From contig CAVUDW010000002.1 in assembly GCA_963740355.1 (NCBI GenBank), positions 224,001 through 288,000 on the forward strand: a DNA stretch of 64,000 bases, read 5' to 3'. Position 1 is the stretch's first letter. Every line of letters starts with the position of its first letter. Positions 40,101 to 50,500 of the stretch are shown here, one piece after another. This DNA is from an uncultured Gemmatimonadaceae bacterium (GTDB taxonomy: Bacteria; Gemmatimonadota; Gemmatimonadetes; Gemmatimonadales; Gemmatimonadaceae). The notes under the pieces were generated by a model that saw nothing but the letters and a program-made list of their open reading frames with translations, had not been told where the DNA came from and searched no databases. The translations under genes were made by a program, and so were the position numbers.

Positions 40101-40452
40101 GGTGGTGCTGGTCGAGTCATTCGTCCTCACGCCCAACGCCAAGATCGACAGCAAGGCGCTGCCGGAACCGTTTGCACACGCGAAGTTCGCGCCGCATGAG
40201 TTCGTTGCGCCGGCGACCGACTCGGAGAAGATGATTGCCGAGGTCTGGACCCGTTTGCTTGGGGTACCACATGTGGGTGCTTCCGACAGCTTTTTCGAGC
40301 TTGGCGGCCATTCGCTGCTCGCGATGCGTGCAGCGAGCGAAATTTCGGAACGGAGCGGTCGAGTGATCGAACCGCGCCTGCTCTTCTTCCGCACCCTTGG
40401 CCAGCTGGCCGAAGCGTGTGATGCCACGATCCCAGTTGCCGGACGCACGTGA
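37123..40452 (+). CDS. NRPS2: TubC_N-C-A-PCP, no thioesterase
   Basis: N-terminal docking domain, HHIAVD, YTSGSTGTPKG, YGPTE, YRTGD, GGHSL. Confidence 0.93.
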   Translation: MSNATFALLDQLRALDVHVRAEDGRLRISAPKGSLTPALEAALVASKAELLKVLTAAPTAAATSTPVLSPVPRIGTLRLSYLQERLWVLDQLQPGHTAYNLATASSVIDPLDIPRLVAASRRLIARHEILHSHFVLDGSSPVVRVAPADSTRIDVRDLRGLAVEEQQRVVSAAASVAAHAPFDLAHESPVRIEILQTGDTAGAFVFSAHHIAVDSWSMGLLMQELTREYESLAAGQSPPREPEPLQYIDFAQWQRAVMEGPGAQARLKFWTDRLAGLPQMSTFPTDHPRPIDVSGVGMAYDFAWSPELYDGVKAMARDLDATLYMILLAAMASVLSRNTGQTDIALGSPLGTRERSELEAMIGPIVNPLVMRFDLSDDPPFATLVKRAREAVLDGHANQDVPFETLVQQLNPDRSLGHAPLFQVAVVQHSAPNAGGTAITGGGAIYDVTMFATEHHGMLTGALEYRSDLYDPATIARVDSQIQSLLMAAARDHQRRVSELPLLTPAESARLLHEFNPAPADVDRTTVVAQFARTATAHGARGAVLASDGTLTYAELDRRSNLVAHALRAAGAGRGMYVALATDRSSAMVVGALGILKAGAAYVPVDVAYPADRVAFMLRDSGVQHIVTTEEALQSIRDLQLPSAVIKVDELVSSDAVAPTIAVADGPTPEDVAYLIYTSGSTGTPKGVMVPHRAMSNFLGAMRERPGISPDDGVMCVTSMSFDISVLEVFLPLVSGARTIIAAREDASDGARLAELIRRSEATMVQSTPSGWRLLMNARWSGDERVTAIAGGEPMPEDLTRWLTERVRRVWNGYGPTETTVYSTMALLTGSDMITIGTPVANTRVYVLDAGGMLAPIGAPGEIVIGGDGVTLGYRNRADLTAEKFVPDPFQPGQTVYRTGDIGRWRSDGRLEHLGRIDGQVKVRGYRIETGEIEAALSTHEMVRTAVVGVRHASADDPRLVAWVQLHEEDSCTASELRRHLRQMLPEFMIPSMVVLVESFVLTPNAKIDSKALPEPFAHAKFAPHEFVAPATDSEKMIAEVWTRLLGVPHVGASDSFFELGGHSLLAMRAASEISERSGRVIEPRLLFFRTLGQLAEACDATIPVAGRT

Positions 40453-41234
40453 ACCTGCTGTTTTTTGGATCCTCGAGCCGACAGTTGTTCGGCGCGTATC
40501 ACACGCCTCCGGTGTCGGTTCCGGGGCGTGGCGCTGCGCTGCTCTGCCCACCGTGGGGGCCGGAGTATCTGGTGTCGCATCGGATCTTTCGCCGACTCGC
40601 GGTGCGACTGAGCGAGAGCGGGTATCACGTGTTGCGGTTCGACTACTTCGGAACGGGTGACTCGGCCGGGGACCGCGAAGACGGGGACCTGAGCACGTGG
40701 CAGTCGGACGCTGAGACTGCGCTCGAGGAGCTGCGCGACATGTCCGGGTTTCCGACGGTGGCGGTGTTTGGCATTCGCCTCGGAGCAGTGGTCGCCTGGC
40801 GCCTGGCGACGACGCGGCGTGATGTGCACACCGTGGTGCTCTGGGACCCGGTCGTCCATGGTGATCAGTACCTGCGCGAGATGGTGATGGCGCAGCGCGA
40901 GACGGATCGGTGGTCGCTGACCCCAGTGCACCGCCGCGATTCGGTGGAGAGTGTGCAGGATCTGCTTGGCTTTCCCATGACCGCAGCGATGCGTCGCACC
41001 ATCGACGCCATCGACACCGACGAGTTCACCGCCACCACCGCAGCGCACGTGAAGCTGTTCTATTCCGACGAGTTGCCTGGGCAGCACGACCTGCATGATG
41101 CGTTGCGGTCCAGCGGCACGCCGTTCCACGAAGAAACGGTGCGCGGCCAGACGCCGTGGCGTGAAGACGAGGGCATTGGCGCCGGCGGCCTGCCGGTGCT
41201 GGTGCTCGAGCGCATGGTGGAGATCCTTCGATGA
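40449..41234 (+). CDS. Alpha/beta hydrolase-fold protein with GxRxG elbow (resembles exosortase-associated hydrolase 2)
   Basis: LLCPPWGPE, LRFDYFGTGDS, FGIRLGA, LWDPV. Confidence 0.78.
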   Translation: MNLLFFGSSSRQLFGAYHTPPVSVPGRGAALLCPPWGPEYLVSHRIFRRLAVRLSESGYHVLRFDYFGTGDSAGDREDGDLSTWQSDAETALEELRDMSGFPTVAVFGIRLGAVVAWRLATTRRDVHTVVLWDPVVHGDQYLREMVMAQRETDRWSLTPVHRRDSVESVQDLLGFPMTAAMRRTIDAIDTDEFTATTAAHVKLFYSDELPGQHDLHDALRSSGTPFHEETVRGQTPWREDEGIGAGGLPVLVLERMVEILR

Positions 41235-42181
41235 CCGGGACGGCCAACACGATTCGCGAGCGGGTGGTGCGCTTCGGGCCGGACAAGCGTCTGGCCGGGA
41301 TTCTCACGCTCAGTCGCGAAGTGCGCGGCGACCTGCCGCACATCGTGATCGTGAATGCCGGAATCATCCATCGGGTGGGCCCGAATCGTCTCTACGTCGA
41401 CCTCGCACGGGCCGCCGCTGCACTCGGCTATCCAGTGCTGCGCTTCGATCTCGCTGGCCTCGGCGATTCCGATGCGATCACCGGCGTGGCATCACTCAAT
41501 GACGCGGCGATGACCGATGTGCAGTCGGCGTACGACTTCCTGACGCAGACACGACAGGCCACGTCGTTCATCATTTTCGGGCTCTGTTCCGGCGCCAACT
41601 TCGCGGTGATGAGCACCTTCATCGAGCCGCGTGTGATTGGGGCCTTGTTGATCGACCCGACGGTGGAACGCACCACGCGCAGCACGCTGATCCACGTGGC
41701 GCGTCGCCTCAAGCATTTCGCCACACTCCAGGCGTTGCTCACGCTCCGGCATCCAATCTTCCAGCGCTCGATTTCGCTGGGCCGCGTGCGCAGCGTGGCG
41801 GTGGCGCGCGCCGCCGAAGGCCAGAGTGGCCAGCGCTACGAGCCGGAACTGCAGGAGACCTCCAGCCGCGGCGCCGTGCGCGCATCGCTGGAAGAAATCG
41901 TCAATCGCGGCGTGCACCTGATGCTGGTCTTCACCGGCGGCGTGAATCACGTCTATAACTACCGCAATCAGTTGTTCGACCTGCTGCCAGGACTGGACTT
42001 CCGCGGACAGCTGCGTCTGGAATACATGCCAAACACGGATCACACGGTCAGCGATGGGCCCGGTCGTGCGCAGTTGCTGGTGTACGTGCGCGAATGGCTG
42101 ACGGCCGCCTTCCCTGCCGCAGCGGTCACCGAAGAGCTCCCGGTGCCAAGTGCCGACGAGCGAACGGAGGCGGTGATATGA
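41231..42181 (+). CDS. Alpha/beta hydrolase-fold protein with GLCSG elbow (resembles exosortase-associated hydrolase 1)
   Basis: HRVGPNR, LRFDLAGLGDS, FGLCSGA, C-terminal DHT. Confidence 0.78.
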   Translation: MTGTANTIRERVVRFGPDKRLAGILTLSREVRGDLPHIVIVNAGIIHRVGPNRLYVDLARAAAALGYPVLRFDLAGLGDSDAITGVASLNDAAMTDVQSAYDFLTQTRQATSFIIFGLCSGANFAVMSTFIEPRVIGALLIDPTVERTTRSTLIHVARRLKHFATLQALLTLRHPIFQRSISLGRVRSVAVARAAEGQSGQRYEPELQETSSRGAVRASLEEIVNRGVHLMLVFTGGVNHVYNYRNQLFDLLPGLDFRGQLRLEYMPNTDHTVSDGPGRAQLLVYVREWLTAAFPAAAVTEELPVPSADERTEAVI

Positions 42182-42954
42182 GCGCCGTGGCTTCGCCACC
42201 GGCACTGGTGCGCCTCGGCCATCGCCCTGAACCGCGCCGCCGCCTCTTCTGCTTGCCGTTTGCAGGCGGTGGTGCCGCGGCGTATGGCTTGTGGTGGCGT
42301 TCGCTGCCGGCAGACATCGAGGTGCAGGCCGCGTTGTTGCCGGGTCGCGAATCGCGCATCCGCGAGCAGCCGCTGGACACCATCGCGGCGATGGTGGACG
42401 CTGTCTTGCCATCGATCCAAGCGAAGCTGGACCTGCCCTATGCCATCTTCGGGCACAGCATGGGTGGGCTGCTGGCATTCGAGATTGCGGCGGCGCTGGA
42501 GCGCGCCGGTGGTCCCGCGCCAGAGCACCTTTTCGTGTCAGCGCGGCGTTCACCGGATGAGCCGGACCCTGCGACGCCGATGCATCGGCTGCCGGAGCTC
42601 GAGTTTCTCGACACCATGAACGATCGCTACGGCGCCGTGCCTGAAGCGGTGCGCGCCGAGCGTGAGTTGCTCGAACTGTTGCTGCCAGTGCTGCGGGCAG
42701 ACACCCACGCCATCGAGACCTACGAGCCGTCGCGCGAGCGCCGCGTGCGCTGCAAGGTCCATGTCTTCGGCGGACTCGAAGATCGATATCCAACGCCAGC
42801 GCAGTTGCCGAACTGGCAGCGTGTGGCCGAGCAGCCGATTCGAGTTCGCGTTTTTGCTGGTGATCATTTCTATCTCACGGCCCAGCGCGACGCGCTGACG
42901 GCGGACATTGCTGCCACATGGCAGACCGCTCCAGTAGAGGCGGCACGGGCATGA
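42178..42954 (+). CDS. Type II (editing) thioesterase
   Basis: LFCLPFAGGG, LPGRE, FGHSMG, GDHFY; start at the ATGA overlap (42178). Confidence 0.92.
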   Translation: MSAVASPPALVRLGHRPEPRRRLFCLPFAGGGAAAYGLWWRSLPADIEVQAALLPGRESRIREQPLDTIAAMVDAVLPSIQAKLDLPYAIFGHSMGGLLAFEIAAALERAGGPAPEHLFVSARRSPDEPDPATPMHRLPELEFLDTMNDRYGAVPEAVRAERELLELLLPVLRADTHAIETYEPSRERRVRCKVHVFGGLEDRYPTPAQLPNWQRVAEQPIRVRVFAGDHFYLTAQRDALTADIAATWQTAPVEAARA

Positions 42955-45900
42955 ACGGGCACGGGGCAGGGTCGGTAGCAGCGATGCCGATTGCCATCAT
43001 TGGCATCGGGTGTCGTTTTCCGGGTGGCATCGTCGACACCGACAGTTTCTGGCGGGTGCTGGCCGATGGTGTGGACGCGATCGGTGAAATTCCGGCGGAT
43101 CGCTTCGACATCGCCAAGTACTACGATCCGAAGCCGGGTGTGCGCGGCCGCATCATGACCAAATGGGGTGGCTTCGTCGAGCAGCGCCTCGAGGACTACG
43201 ACGCGGCGTTTTTTGGCATTTCGCGCTCGTATGCCGACCGTCTCGATCCGCAGCAGCGCCTGTTGCTCGAAACATCGTGGGAAGCACTCGAGGATGCGGG
43301 CCTCGATGCGGTGGGGCTGCAGGGATCGGCGACCGGCATTTTCGTCGGCCAGTGGACGAGTGACTTCGAGCATCGCCTCTTCTCGGATGCCAGCGGCATC
43401 GACTTCCAGATGGCGATGGGCAGCGGCCGGTATGCGGCGGCAGGGCGCTTGTCGTACGCGCTCGGTTTCCGCGGACCAAGCCTGTCCATCGATGCCGCCT
43501 GCTCATCGGGACTGGCATCGGTGCACCTCGCGGTGCGGAGCCTGCGCAGTGGCGACAGCGCCGTCGCGCTGGCCGGCGGCGTGAACATGATCATGGAGCC
43601 ACACATCCATCTTGCGTACTCGTACAGCAAGATGATGGCGCCCGATGGTCGTTGTCGCTTCGGTGACGCGGCCGGCAAGGGGTATGTGCGTGCCGAAGGT
43701 GCCGGCATGGTCGTGCTGAAGCCCCTCGACGCGGCGCTCGCTGACGGCGACCACGTCTACGCCGTGATCCGTGGCAGCGCGGTGAACAACGACGGCAACA
43801 GCAGCGGCGCCATGGGGCGACCAAGCCGCATCGGGCAGGAAGAGTTGCTGCGGAGCGCGCTGAACGAAGGTGGTGTTCATGCGTCGCAGCTCGATTATGT
43901 CGAGGCGCACGGTACCGGCACCAAGGCGGGTGACCCGGTAGAGCTGGGAGCGTTGGCGACGGTGCTGGCCGAGGGCCGCCCCGCTGATGCCGCGCCCACC
44001 TGGGTGGGATCGGTAAAGACGAACTTCGGTCACACTGAAGCCGCAGCCGGTGTGGCAGGACTGATCAAGGCGGCGCTGATGCTGGAGCGCGGCATGATTC
44101 CGCCCAGCCTTCACTTCGACACGCCGAACACTGAAGTGCCGTGGGCCAGCATTCCAATTGCCATTCCAACGTCGCTGATGCCGTGGCCGGCACGCAGTGG
44201 CCCACGGTTCGCGGGCGTCAGTTCGTATGGCATCGGTGGCACCAATGCGCATGCCGTCCTCGAGTCGGCACCGGTGGTGGTGCCGGCTGAGCGTGTTGCC
44301 CCACCGAGCGGCACGCCGCTCGTGCTGCCGCTCTCCGGTCGTGGCGACGCGGGCTCGCGCGCAGTGGCGGCGGTGTACGCATCACACCTGGAGCAGCTGG
44401 ATCCAGCTGCCGTCCCCGATTTCTGCTGGACGGCGGCAACACGTCGCTCGGCACTAACACATCGCGCCGCGTTCGTCGCAACCGATCGCGAGGCGCTGAT
44501 CGCCGCGCTGCGTGAGTATGCGACAGGCGGCCCAGCCACGGCCAGCGGCGTGGTGCACGACCGTGCGCGCCGGCGCGTCGCATTCGTGGTGCCGGGTCAG
44601 GGCGCACAGTGGGTCGGCATGGCGCGCCAACTTGCGTCCACCGTGCCGATCTTCCGCGCCGCGCTGGAGCGATGTGATGCGGCCGCACGTCGTATCGTCC
44701 CGTGGTCGATCATCGACCAGCTCTACATCGACGAGGGAACGGCAGCGTTTCAGGGTGACCGCATCGACGTGATCCAGCCGACGTTGATCGCGATCGCGAT
44801 TGCGTATGCAGCGTGGCTTCGTTCCATCGGCATTGAGCCGGATGCGGTGGTCGGGCACAGTCTCGGCGAAGTGGGCGCGGCGGCGATCGCCGGCGTGCTC
44901 GACATCGATTCCGCCATGCGTGTCATCTGCCAGCGCAGCCTGCTGATGCAGCGCACCAGCGGGCAGGGTGCAATGGCGGTCGTCGAGCTCTCGCGTGCGG
45001 AGGCCGAGGCGCGGTTGGTGGGCTACGAGACGCGCGTGTCGATCGCGGTCAGCAACAGCCCGAAGTCGACCGTGATCTCCGGTGATCCGTCGGCAGTGTC
45101 GGAGATTCTGGCCGCGCTCGAACGAGACGGTGTCTTCTGCCGGCTGGTGAAGGTCGACGTTGCGTCGCACAGCCCGCAGATGGATCCGCTGGTGCCGGAA
45201 CTGGTGCAGGCGCTGGACGGGCTGCCGACGATGTCGGGAACGGTGCCGGTATATTCCACGGTCAGTGCGTCGATCGCCGACGGCGACGCATTCGGCGCCA
45301 GCTACTGGGGACAGAACCTTCGACAGCCCGTGCAGTTCGGTGCCACTGTCGAGCGCCTGATCGCCGATGGTTTCACGGCGTTCATCGAACTCGGACCGCA
45401 CCCGGTACTGACGCAGGCGATCGAGCAGACGGCCAAGGGCGTTGGCAAGGACGTGGTGGCGGTGGCATGCGGGCGTCGCGATACGGCGGACCTGCTCGCC
45501 GTGCACAGCGCGGTTGCCTCGCTGTGGACGCGTGGTGTCGCTGTCGACTGGATGCGCACACTGCCTCGCGGTGGGCGCCTCGTGAAGCTGCCGTTTTATC
45601 CATGGCAGCGCGAACGGCATTGGGTGGATGCGGCCGACCTGATCGATGATGCAGGTACCGCGGCACGGAAGTCGTCGCTGGATGAACATGCCAAGCGGGC
45701 GCTGCACACGCTGGTCTGGCAGGAGTCAGCGATGCCGTCGTCGACGACACAGGGATTGTCGACGTGGATCGTGGTTGGCGCGCCGGGAGATGCTGCCGAG
45801 TCGGTCGCCGCGGCCCTGCGCGATGGTGGCGCATCGGCAACTGTCGTGGCCTCGATGGCCGATGCTGGTGTTGCCCTGCGGGCAGAAGAGGATCGACGCG

Positions 45901-47552
45901 ACGCCGGCATCATCGTGCTGCCTGCCAGCGATGCCGACATCGCGTACTCGCCCGTCGCCGGAATGCAGGCGCTGCAACAGTCGATGGGTGATACGCCAGG
46001 CGGCGCGGTACCGCGCGTGTGGTGGGTCACGGTCGGTGCCCATGCGGTTGCGGGCACGGCTCCGGCAGCAGCGTGTGCCGCACGCGCAGCGGCGTGGGGT
46101 GCAGCACGTGTCCTCGGTGAAGAGTATCCGCAGTGGTGGGGCGGGTTGATGGATCTCGATCCCTCGCAGTCGCTCGCGGCGCAGTCACCGGCAATTGTGG
46201 CACACCTCGCGACCGGTACTGCCGAGGATCAGGTGGCGTTCCGCGATGGTACGCGATACGCGCTGCGTCTCGTGCGTGCGGCGGCGCAGCACGCACCACC
46301 AGTCGCGTGGCGTGCTGATGCGGCATACCTGATCACCGGTGGCTTCGGCGGTGTGGCGCTGCAGATGGCCCACGCGATGGTCAGTGACGGCGCTCGACGG
46401 CTGGTCTTGCTTGGCCGTACCACACTGCCCCCTCGCGCCGCCTGGGCCTCGCTCGATCCGGCATCGGCCATTGGCCAACGTGTGGCGGCGGTCCGTGCGC
46501 TGGAGCACGCCGGCGCATCGGTGCACCTGCTGTCGGCGGACATCTCGGATGAAGCCTCGGTCCGTGCCGCCTTGGCCACCTACGAGGCCGAAGGGTGGCC
46601 GCCGATCGATGGCGTGATCCACAATGCGGCCGTGCTCGGGAATCGCCTGGCGCGAGACCTCACGCCGAGTGATTTCGACGCAGTGCTGGCGCCGAAGCTG
46701 GGCGGTGCGACGGTGCTCGATCGCATCTTCCCGACCGTCTCGGTGTTTGTGCTGTCGTCATCGATCAGCGCGTACTGGGCACCGCCGGGCATGGCGAACT
46801 ACGCCGCTGCCAACGCCGGTGTCGATGCGCTGGCAGCAGCGCGGCGCGCGCGCGGTGTGCACGCCGTGAGCATCCAATGGTGCCCATGGCACGACGTCGG
46901 GATGCACCACTCCGCCAACATGTCGCGCAACTTCGACGAGATGGCGAAGATGGGCGTGCGTTCGATCACGGGTGAAGAGGGTGTGGCGTTCTTCCGCGCA
47001 CTGATCACGCGGCCCGAGTCGGTGCTCAGTGTGCTCCCCATCGACTGGGGTACGTATCGCAAGGCGCGTCGCGGTCGCGATGCGTCGGTGTTCCGCGCCA
47101 TTCCCGACGCATTGCCGCAGGCCAGCGATGCGGAGGCGACGGATGGCGTGCTGCAGCAGCTGAAAGCGGCAAGTGTCATCGATCGTCGCACCTTGCTCGA
47201 CACGCTGGTGCGCAACGTCGTGGCCGGCGTGATTCGTCGGCCGGCGGCACAACTCGATGCACAGCAGCCATTCGGCGCCGTGGGCGTGGACTCGCTGATG
47301 GCACTCGAGATTCGTAATCGACTGGAGACGGCGCTCGAACGACGGTTGACGGCGACGCTGACATGGAACTATCCCACCGTCGAAGCGCTGGCAGCGCATC
47401 TCGATACACTGATCGCGCCAGTGTCACCCGCAGGAGTGGCAGCCGTGCCTGAGGCAGCGGCGGAGCAGGTCGAGGAGACGGTGCCTGCGTTCGCTGAGAT
47501 CGTCGCGCTGTCGGACGCCGATGCGTTGCGTGCGCTGCGGCGTGGGAAGTAG
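42951..47552 (+). CDS. PKS2: KS-AT(methylmalonyl-like)-KR(A-type)-ACP
   Basis: DAACSS, HGTGT, GHTE; AT RIDVIQP/GHSLG/VASH; KR lacks LDD and has W in SAYWAPPGMANYAAAN; ACP GVDSL; start at the ATGA overlap (42951). Confidence 0.92.
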   Translation: MNGHGAGSVAAMPIAIIGIGCRFPGGIVDTDSFWRVLADGVDAIGEIPADRFDIAKYYDPKPGVRGRIMTKWGGFVEQRLEDYDAAFFGISRSYADRLDPQQRLLLETSWEALEDAGLDAVGLQGSATGIFVGQWTSDFEHRLFSDASGIDFQMAMGSGRYAAAGRLSYALGFRGPSLSIDAACSSGLASVHLAVRSLRSGDSAVALAGGVNMIMEPHIHLAYSYSKMMAPDGRCRFGDAAGKGYVRAEGAGMVVLKPLDAALADGDHVYAVIRGSAVNNDGNSSGAMGRPSRIGQEELLRSALNEGGVHASQLDYVEAHGTGTKAGDPVELGALATVLAEGRPADAAPTWVGSVKTNFGHTEAAAGVAGLIKAALMLERGMIPPSLHFDTPNTEVPWASIPIAIPTSLMPWPARSGPRFAGVSSYGIGGTNAHAVLESAPVVVPAERVAPPSGTPLVLPLSGRGDAGSRAVAAVYASHLEQLDPAAVPDFCWTAATRRSALTHRAAFVATDREALIAALREYATGGPATASGVVHDRARRRVAFVVPGQGAQWVGMARQLASTVPIFRAALERCDAAARRIVPWSIIDQLYIDEGTAAFQGDRIDVIQPTLIAIAIAYAAWLRSIGIEPDAVVGHSLGEVGAAAIAGVLDIDSAMRVICQRSLLMQRTSGQGAMAVVELSRAEAEARLVGYETRVSIAVSNSPKSTVISGDPSAVSEILAALERDGVFCRLVKVDVASHSPQMDPLVPELVQALDGLPTMSGTVPVYSTVSASIADGDAFGASYWGQNLRQPVQFGATVERLIADGFTAFIELGPHPVLTQAIEQTAKGVGKDVVAVACGRRDTADLLAVHSAVASLWTRGVAVDWMRTLPRGGRLVKLPFYPWQRERHWVDAADLIDDAGTAARKSSLDEHAKRALHTLVWQESAMPSSTTQGLSTWIVVGAPGDAAESVAAALRDGGASATVVASMADAGVALRAEEDRRDAGIIVLPASDADIAYSPVAGMQALQQSMGDTPGGAVPRVWWVTVGAHAVAGTAPAAACAARAAAWGAARVLGEEYPQWWGGLMDLDPSQSLAAQSPAIVAHLATGTAEDQVAFRDGTRYALRLVRAAAQHAPPVAWRADAAYLITGGFGGVALQMAHAMVSDGARRLVLLGRTTLPPRAAWASLDPASAIGQRVAAVRALEHAGASVHLLSADISDEASVRAALATYEAEGWPPIDGVIHNAAVLGNRLARDLTPSDFDAVLAPKLGGATVLDRIFPTVSVFVLSSSISAYWAPPGMANYAAANAGVDALAAARRARGVHAVSIQWCPWHDVGMHHSANMSRNFDEMAKMGVRSITGEEGVAFFRALITRPESVLSVLPIDWGTYRKARRGRDASVFRAIPDALPQASDAEATDGVLQQLKAASVIDRRTLLDTLVRNVVAGVIRRPAAQLDAQQPFGAVGVDSLMALEIRNRLETALERRLTATLTWNYPTVEALAAHLDTLIAPVSPAGVAAVPEAAAEQVEETVPAFAEIVALSDADALRALRRGK

Positions 47553-47558
47553 GTCGTC

Positions 47559-50500
47559 ATGACTGGGCCTGCGGCGTCACTGACCGGCATGTCGGCCGTC
47601 AAGCTTGCCTTGATGGCCAAGCAGGCGCGCGCGCAGCTGGGCGCCATTGCCCGCGCCGAGCCGATTGCGGTGATCGGCATGGGCTGTCGGTTTCCGGGTG
47701 GTGCCGACTCGCCGGAACAGTTCTGGGCGGTGCTGCGCGATGGTGTCGATGCGGTGGGCGAAATTCCCCGCACACGGTGGGACGTGGATGCATTCCACGA
47801 TGCTGATCCCGCCGCTCCGGGAAAGATCGCGGTTGGCTTCGGTGGGTTCGTGGACGGTGTGGACCAGTTCGACGCCTCGTTCTTCGGCATCATGCGGCGC
47901 GAAGCCGAGCGAATGGACCCGCAACATCGAGTCTTTCTCGAAGTCGCGGTGGATGCACTCGATCACGCTGGCCTCACGCGTGAGAAGCTGGCGGGGTCGC
48001 AGACCGGCGTCTTCATCGCGAGTTATCACAGCGACTACAACCTGCTGCAGTTCGCCGACCGTGATGCGATTGACGCCCGCACGCTGACAGGCACGCAGCA
48101 CAGCGTCCTCGCGAACCGCTTGTCGTATCTGCTGGACCTGCGCGGACCCAGCATATCGATCGATACGGCCTGTTCGTCGTCACTGGTGGCGATTCACCTC
48201 GCCTGCCAGAGCCTGCGCACCGGCGAGAGCAGCGTGGTGCTGGCGGGCGGTGTGTCGCTGATGCTGGCGCCGGAGATGATGATCACGCTGTCGAAGGTCG
48301 GCTTCATGTCACCCAGTGGCCGCTGCCGCACCTTCGATGCGCTGGCTGACGGCTTCATTCGTGGTGAAGGCTGCGGTGTGGTGGTGCTGAAGCGGCTCAG
48401 TGATGCGATCGCCGACGGTGATCGCGTGCTGTCGGTGATTCGTGGTACGGCGGTGAACCAGGATGGTCATTCGACGGTGCTCGCCGCCCCCAACGGGCTC
48501 GCGCAGCAGGCGCTGGTGCGCGAAGCCTTGAGCAACGCGCAGCTGACCCCGGATCGCGTCGGTTTCGTCGAGACACACGGGACAGCCACGCCACTTGGTG
48601 ATCCGATCGAAGTCGAGGCGCTGGCCGCGACGATCGGCGCACCACGGCCGGACGGCGGTGTGTGCTACCTGGGCTCGGCGAAGGCGAATCTCGGGCACAT
48701 GGAAGCAGCGTCTGGTGTCGCGGGCTTGATCAAGGCCACTCTGGTGCTGCAGCATGGCGAGATCCCGCGTCAGGTGCACTTCACGAAGCTGAATCCGCAT
48801 CTCTCGTTGGCTGGCACCTGCCTCGCCGTCGCCGATGCGCATCGGGAGTGGCCAGCTGGAGCAGTGCCGCGGGTGGCCGGCGTGAGCGGGTTCGGCGTCG
48901 GCGGTACGAACGCGCATGTGCTGGTCGAGGAAGCGCCAGTCTTTCCCGCTGACGATACCGCCGCCCCTGCCGGTGCGCAGCTGTTGCCGTTGTCCGCACA
49001 GTCACCAGCCGCCTTGCGGGCACTGGCCGAGAAATGGATTCCGTTTCTCGAGGCCAGCGAGACACCGCTGGCCGCCATTTGTGCAACAGCTGGGACACGT
49101 CGCTCGCACTACGACCATCGCCTTGCAGTGACCGCAGAAAGTGCGGCGCAGATGGCGGCACAGTTGCATGCGTGGACACAGGGCGACGTCAGCTCGGTGG
49201 CCTCGGGTGCGCGACCGTCCGCCGGTGGTTCGCGCATCGCGTTCGTGTTCAGTGGTCAAGGGCCACAGTGGGCGCAGATGGGGCGCGAACTCGCCGCCAG
49301 TGAACCGGTGTTCCGCGATGCGCTGGCTGATCTGGATGCGCGCTTCAAGGTGCTGGGCGGCTGGTCGCTGATCGATGCGCTGGCGGAGCCGGCGGAAACG
49401 TCGCGTGTGATGGAAACGGAGGTGGCGCAGCCAGCCATCTTCGCGATCCAGGTGGCGCAGGCCGCGTTGTGGGCATCGTGGGGTGTGACGCCCGATGTCG
49501 TGCTCGGCCACAGTATCGGCGAGCTGGCGGCGATGTACGTCGCTGGTGTGCTGTCACTGGACGATGCAGTGCGCATCGTCTTCCATCGCGGTCGCATCAT
49601 GCAGGCGGCGACGGGAAACGGTCGCATGCTGGCCGTCGGGCTCACCGAAGCCGACGCGACTGCGCTGCAGCACGAGATTGGCGCAGCACTGTCGCTGGCC
49701 GCAGTCAATGGGCCGCGCAGTACTGTGCTGGCCGGTACTGCGGCCGCAGTGGATACCGCGATCGCCGCGCTCGATGCGCGCGCTGTGCAGCATCGCACAC
49801 TCCCGGTGGAGTATGCGTTTCACTCGGCACAGATGGCGCCGTTTGCCACCGACCTCGTGTCGGCGATCGGTGTCGTCCAGTCGTACCCAGCGCGGATTGC
49901 CTTGCTATTCGAGCGTGACCGGTGCACGGATCGAGCACACGGCCATCGACGCCGGATATTTCGGTCGCAATGTCCGAGAAACGGTGCGGTTCGCGCAGGC
50001 CGTCGAGACAATCCTCGCGTCGCGTGTGGATGCCTTTGTCGAGCTGGCGCCGCATCCCGTGCTGTCGGCGTCGCTGGCCGAGTGCATCAGCGATCGCGCC
50101 CTGGATGTGCCAGTGCTGTCATCGATGCGGCGCGGGCGTGGTGAACGTGACGCAATGCTGCAGGCATGCGCTGGTGTGTACGTGACCGGCCTGACGCCTG
50201 ATTGGTCCGCAATCCTGCCGCCGCTCGACCAACCGGTCGACCTGCCGTCGTATCCGTGGCAGCGCGAGCGCTACTGGTTGCGCGAGTTCGATCGGTTTGG
50301 TGGCATCACCGCGCCGGCAGCCGCCGTGGCGGAACCGTCGCTGCTGGGTGCACGCAGCAGCGATCAAGGCGACGGTTCGATCAGCTTCGAGGGTCGGTGG
50401 CCGACGCCTGGCATCTCGTGGCTCTCGGACCATCGCATCGGTGGCAGGATCGTGATGCCTGGCGCTGCGATGCTCGAGTTGCTGCGAGCAGCAGCGAGCG

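Noticed and set aside
49495..49898. Separate start for a 1545-aa PKS ORF
   Set aside because: The N-terminal part is off-frame nonsense; the ORF continues the gene starting at 47559 after a frameshift.
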